From Atribacterota bacterium (GTDB lineage Bacteria; Atribacterota; Phoenicimicrobiia; Phoenicimicrobiales; Stramentimicrobiaceae), in NCBI GenBank assembly GCA_040767965.1, contig JAXGNR010000006.1, positions 1-64,000 of the forward strand: a stretch of DNA of 64,000 nt. The letters run 5' to 3'. Made by a program: the position numbers and the translations under genes. Below the pieces are notes generated by a model. It saw only the letters and a program-made list of their open reading frames with translations, was not told where the DNA came from and ran no database searches. Below are positions 59,232-64,000 of this stretch, piece by piece. Position 1 is the first letter of the stretch; each line of letters starts with the position of its first letter.

Positions 59232-60845
59232 TTATGATACTTTTACTTTTTTTTCTTTAGGTTTTGCTTTTACAATTAAAGATCTTTTATTACCGGATTT
59301 TTTTTGGAATATCCCTAAAATTGTCTTAGCTTCCTTGAAAGGTACAGTTATAAAAGAAAATTCATTATAAACCTCTATTTGATCAATAACTGATTTATTT
59401 ACTCCGGTATTCTCAAATACGAATTTCACCAGTTTTGCAGGTGTTATTTTATCTTTTTTACCCATTGCCACAAACAGCCTGGTTGTACCTGGTAATTCTA
59501 TTTTCCTGTTTTTTTCAGATAGTTCCTGGATTTCATTATACAAACCCGGATTTAATTTATCATCAAAGCTATAACTAAGTATCTTAGCCAGTATTTCTGT
59601 GCCATTATCATTTTCTAAAAGTCTTTTTGCCCAATTAAAATAATTACTGTCAATGTTTTGGCTATTAATAGCAGCAAGATCATCATTTATTTTTTTAGTT
59701 TTGGCTTTAATAATCTCTCTCACATTAGGTATTTTTAGTCTCTTAATATCGGTTTTTGCTTTTCGTTGTATAAACATTAACTTATGATATTCACTAGGAG
59801 TTACAAATGTTATTGCTGTTCCTTCATTCCCTGCTCTTCCGGTACGACCAATCCTGTGTACATAAGATTCAGAATCATGAGGAAGAGAATAATTAATAAC
59901 ATGAGTCAGATTACTAATATCCAATCCGCGTGCTGCCACATCAGTTGCTACCAAAATGTTGCTATGTTTTTTCTTGAATTTGTTTAGTGTTTTTTCCCTT
60001 TGGCTTTGTGAAATATCTCCATGGATAAAATCTGCATCATAACCTCTTTCAATTAGATGACTGGTAACTTCATCAACATCATTTTTTGTCCTGCAGAAAA
60101 CTAAACCATAAAAATTTTCTTCAATATCTATAATTCTACATAAAGCCTCAAATTTATCAGAAGGTCTTACTTCATAATAAATCTGTTCTGTAAGACTGAC
60201 AGTAGGATTTTGTTTGTCAATAGTTATAAATTCATAATCGCCCATATAATTTTTTGCCAGCGCCTTTATCCTGGCTGGAATAGTGGCAGAAAATAATAGA
60301 ATCCTCTTCTGGGGATTGGTATATTTCATGATTTCTTCTACATCATCAATAAAGCCCATGTTAAGCATTTCGTCAGCTTCATCAAGAATAAGATATTCTA
60401 TATCTTTTAGATTAAGGGTTTTTCTTTTTAAATGATCGATCACTCTGCCAGGAGTGCCTACTACAATATGAACACCTTTTTTCAAACGTCTAAGCTGTTG
60501 ATCAATTGATTGCCCTCCATAAACAGGAATAGTTTGAATTCCTGATTCCCCTTTTAAAGAATTTATTTCTTCAGAAACCTGTATAGCAAGTTCTCTGGTA
60601 GGGGTAATTATTATGGCGTGGACATTTCTTTCTTTTGTATCAATCATCTCAATTAATGGCAAACCAAAGGCAGCAGTTTTCCCCGTACCGGTTTGAGACT
60701 GTACAATTATATTACCATTATCGTTAAACATTTTTGGTATTGTTAAAATCTGAATAGGGGTTGGCTCTTCAAATCCTTTCTTGGAAATAGCAGCAATAGC
60801 TTCTTCCGAAAGACCTAATTTTTTAAATTTTTCAATATCTGTCAT
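59232..60845 (-). CDS. deaD: DEAD-box RNA helicase with DbpA-type RNA-binding domain
   Basis: PTPIQ, QTGTGKT, PTRELA, TPGR, DEAD, SAT, HRIGRTGRAG, RLFVAMGKKD. Confidence 0.93.
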   Translation of the reverse strand: MTDIEKFKKLGLSEEAIAAISKKGFEEPTPIQILTIPKMFNDNGNIIVQSQTGTGKTAAFGLPLIEMIDTKERNVHAIIITPTRELAIQVSEEINSLKGESGIQTIPVYGGQSIDQQLRRLKKGVHIVVGTPGRVIDHLKRKTLNLKDIEYLILDEADEMLNMGFIDDVEEIMKYTNPQKRILLFSATIPARIKALAKNYMGDYEFITIDKQNPTVSLTEQIYYEVRPSDKFEALCRIIDIEENFYGLVFCRTKNDVDEVTSHLIERGYDADFIHGDISQSQREKTLNKFKKKHSNILVATDVAARGLDISNLTHVINYSLPHDSESYVHRIGRTGRAGNEGTAITFVTPSEYHKLMFIQRKAKTDIKRLKIPNVREIIKAKTKKINDDLAAINSQNIDSNYFNWAKRLLENDNGTEILAKILSYSFDDKLNPGLYNEIQELSEKNRKIELPGTTRLFVAMGKKDKITPAKLVKFVFENTGVNKSVIDQIEVYNEFSFITVPFKEAKTILGIFQKKSGNKRSLIVKAKPKEKKVKVS

Positions 60846-61089
60846 TTTTTCTCCTGATAATTTTTAAAATATCTATTTCCGCAATTGCTCTTGTGGACTG
60901 GAGACATTGTTGGTCATTGAAAAATGAACATATTATCCAGATGATGAAGGAGTTTGAACACATGAAAACTAAAAGCTATGTGATATCTTTTCCCCGTAAT
61001 CAGACAAAAGCAGAATAAGCTTTACTATTATAACATAAATGTCAAGAAAATAATTTTATAATTCATAATAAACTACAATTTTTAATATT

Positions 61090-61974
61090 TTACTTTTTTA
61101 TCCCGGCCAAAATAATAAAGTCTGCAGTTATTTTATTAATTTGACAATAATTATCTTCTGAGACTTTTTTTTCTTTTATCCTCCAGGAAAGAGGAGTCAT
61201 TTCAATAAAAGGCAGAATATCATTATTATTTATTTCCTGCTGATAGGAAAAGTGCTGTTGATTGATAATTTTAAAGTTTTTTTGAAAAAGATTAATTATT
61301 TCCTTATTGGAAGAGGGTTTTCCCTCAGATTTGGGAGAAAGTATTTTTCTAATTTCCTGTAGATAAAAAACTCCGGGAATAACCTTTATTAAAAAACCAT
61401 TATCCTTCAATATCCTGTTGAATTCAAAGTAGTTAGCTGGAGAAAGGATATTTATAATGAAATCAAACTGCTTGTCATTCAACGGGCTATTAGCCAGGTC
61501 AGCAACACTCCAGATGTGTCCCGGGAATTCCCTGGAAGCGATATGAATTCCTTCTCTGGGAAACATTACCAAGTCTTATTCTAACAGGAGTTCTTGCAAT
61601 TTTGAATGTCGACGAATATATTCAACAAATTTACCAGATTTGTACCTTCTCCGCAGCCGGCATCTAATATTTTGGAATCTTTGATTTTGTATAATGCTTC
61701 TCTGTTTGCAACATAAAATTACCAATCTCAGTTATTAATTTTTCAAAAATCCATTCTGGAGAACAGTTTTATGGTGAATAAATCATTATCATATTTTGAA
61801 TGAATAGTATTTTAACAGATTAATATAGCCATTTCTGGATAGATCAAAACAGTGGCCTGTTGTGCAAATTAGAGATTTTTCTTGCAATAGCATCTTCTGT
61901 CTACAGACTGGACATCTGAATAAATTCAAATTATCTTCAATTAATTTTTTGGTTATCTCTATCTTTTTTTTCAT
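61090..61974 (-). pseudogene. rlmA: RlmA-like rRNA m1G methyltransferase, multiple frameshifts
   Basis: CPVC...C..GHCFDLSRNGYINLL zinc finger; ILDAGCGEG near 61650; ADLANSP, ILSPANY.EF.RILK. Confidence 0.8.
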
Positions 61975-62005
61975 AAGATCCTGTTTAATTAAAGTTATAC
62001 AATTT

Positions 62006-63264
62006 TAGCTTAATAGCAAATTTTTTGCTAATTTTTAAGCAGTAAAATAGTTAGAATCGGCATGCTCGGAGACTTTGGTAAAACACTAGCATCACAAACA
62101 TAAAGATTTTCAATTCTGTCTGTAAATTATCAACAATTTTACCAATTAACGTTCCTCCAGTGATGAGCTCCTGAATTTTAGAAAATAATATTGGACCATT
62201 AAAATCTCTTTTGCAATAGCTGATCCTTTCTTTAATCTTTGCCGATCCTTTTCGGTAATTGGTTTAGAAATTGTACTATTTGGATAAACATGGCCATTAG
62301 CTTCGTCACTAGTTTTGTTCATTATTCCAATCAGCCGGTTTATAGGTAAAGTAAGTCCTTTGGCTCCCAGTCGATATGAGCCTGACCATCGGATTAACAT
62401 TTATATATGTTGATAAAATAAAACCCTGTTTTTCATGAAATTCACTGCAAATTAAGGTCATAGCAGGTTCATCTTTTTGACTAATATTGGAAGTAACTCC
62501 ATAAGTATTAATGAACAAATCGACAAAGAGCCCTGATCCCGCTTTTAGAATTCCAGAATTTTGCAGTATAATCGGCGAACCTAAACCGCCAGCGGTCAGA
62601 ATAATTATATCGGCAAAATAATCTTTACTTCCGTTTTGCCCTATTGCCCTTACTCCTGTCGCTTTACCATTCTTTGAAAGAACCTGTTCTGCTGAAACAT
62701 TATATTCAATTTTAGCCCCATGTTCTAATGCTTGATCCAGATAATTTAAAGCTGTCCATTTAGCATCTTTAGTACAACCAAAGAACATTGGCCACATTTT
62801 TTGCATTTTTCAGGATCAACAAATTTCAGCATTGGTTGCATCTTATAGCCTAAAGTTTTTGCTGCTTTCATTATACTATTTGAACCTGTTGTTAAATATT
62901 TTTCAGGAAAAGGATTGATATTCATTTCTTTTTCAGTTTCAATAAACTCATCTTCCAGATCTAATCCCATATCCAGAAGTTCTTTTGTAAACAACGAGTC
63001 CTATTTCCGCAAGAAAAACCAAAGTAGATCCTCCAGCCATAATAGTCCTCCAGATAATAACACCTTCTTTTGATTTTTTAGGAATTCTTGTTAATCTGTT
63101 TACATCATAGAATCGAAGGGAATCCTGAAATGAACCTAATTTTTTTCATAGTTACCTTTTTCCAGAATAAATACTGAATGACCTTTCCTGCTCAACTCTT
63201 TTGCTATAGTTGATCCTCCAGCACCAGAGCCAATAATTAAAAAATCCCACCTTTTCTTTGTCAT
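62006..63264 (-). pseudogene. GMC family FAD oxidoreductase, multiple frameshifts
   Basis: FLIIGSGAGG, MAGGST, CKKCGQC..GC, LTAGGLGSPIILQNSG, LYVCDASVLP across shifting frames. Confidence 0.82.
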
Positions 63265-63384
63265 AAAACAAAACCTCTTTTGTAAAAAATTTCAAGGAGT
63301 AGATCAAAATTTTCTAGTTTCTAGTAAGAATTATTTCTTTTTTTACCATAAGCATATACAACATTAAGAGTCAGTTTATTAACA

Positions 63385-64000
63385 TTATTTTCCTTGTGTA
63401 ACATTTTTTTTTATTTTTTCCATAATAACAGGCAAATCTTTAACTGGAATTGAGGCTGACCAAAAATTAGCAGATGAAGATGCTGTAAAATTAAACATTT
63501 CAGATCCATTCCTGTGGCAGTCTTCCCAGGTTGATTGTTTTGTTATTATTTCTGTCAACTCTTCGTTTTGATAAAATTCAATCATTTGTGAACAAGTTCT
63601 AGGCCAAAAAGCTACCCTATAACCGAGAATATATTTTTTTGGAACAATATCAACTATTGTTTTGATAAATTCCAGATAGTGTTTGGGACCATGAGTTGCT
63701 AAAGCAATAATACCTCCCGGCTTAACCAATCTGACTATTTCTCTAAGCATTCTCTCCTGGTTTGGCACTAGACCAAATACCATGCTGGACAAAATAATAT
63801 CAAAAAAATTATCCTCAAAAGGAAGATTTTCAGCATCAGCCACTTTGTTTCAATTAAATTTAAAGGATAGCCATTAGTCTGAATTTTTTTCTTTTCAAAT
63901 CTCTATCATAAATTCAGATATATCTACTGCTGCTATTTTTTAGCTCCACCTGCTATTAACATCATGGATAAGATCCTTTAAGGCAACCTAAATCTAAAAT
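63385..64000 (-). pseudogene. Class I SAM-dependent methyltransferase, frameshifted and cut by window end
   Basis: ILDLGC at window end, VDISEFM, ADAENLPFEDNFFD, RLVKPGG. Confidence 0.75.

Overview
AT-rich bacterial DNA from a diderm anaerobe (TonB/ExbBD plus an outer-membrane receptor ending in Phe, Firmicutes-like SD sites; Atribacterota is my best guess, not proven). No rRNA, tRNA, CRISPR array, integrase or transposase was seen. Left to right: a c-di-GMP-I riboswitch before a large Ig-repeat lipoprotein; a liv-type ABC operon ending in a cyclase and a racemase-like gene; a 19 kb minus-strand catabolic block (GntR, TctCBA, LarA-domain protein, divergent MOFRL kinase, divergent enolase, then a fold-III PLP enzyme, dpp ABC genes with no binding protein, truncated D-aminoacylase, MlrC peptidase, deacetylase); CDF, AKRs, MFS, an MR/MLE enzyme and a cyclase-asparaginase-cyclase operon; a metal/arsenic region (PadR-, ArsR- and MarR-led permease operons, acr3, mgtE, an mgtA relic); a cobalamin-riboswitch btuB-tonB-exbBD operon; a DEAD-box helicase; and frameshifted rlmA, GMC oxidoreductase and methyltransferase. 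Best candidate new system: the TctCBA/LarA-like/kinase/enolase-paralogue operon, where kinase and enolase both lost glycerate-specific residues, tied to the D-amino-acid operon by a shared operator. Second: a MarR operon whose products end in Cys-Cys, including an unannotated 53-aa peptide. Many 1-bp frameshifts are probably sequencing errors; several larger deletions look real.
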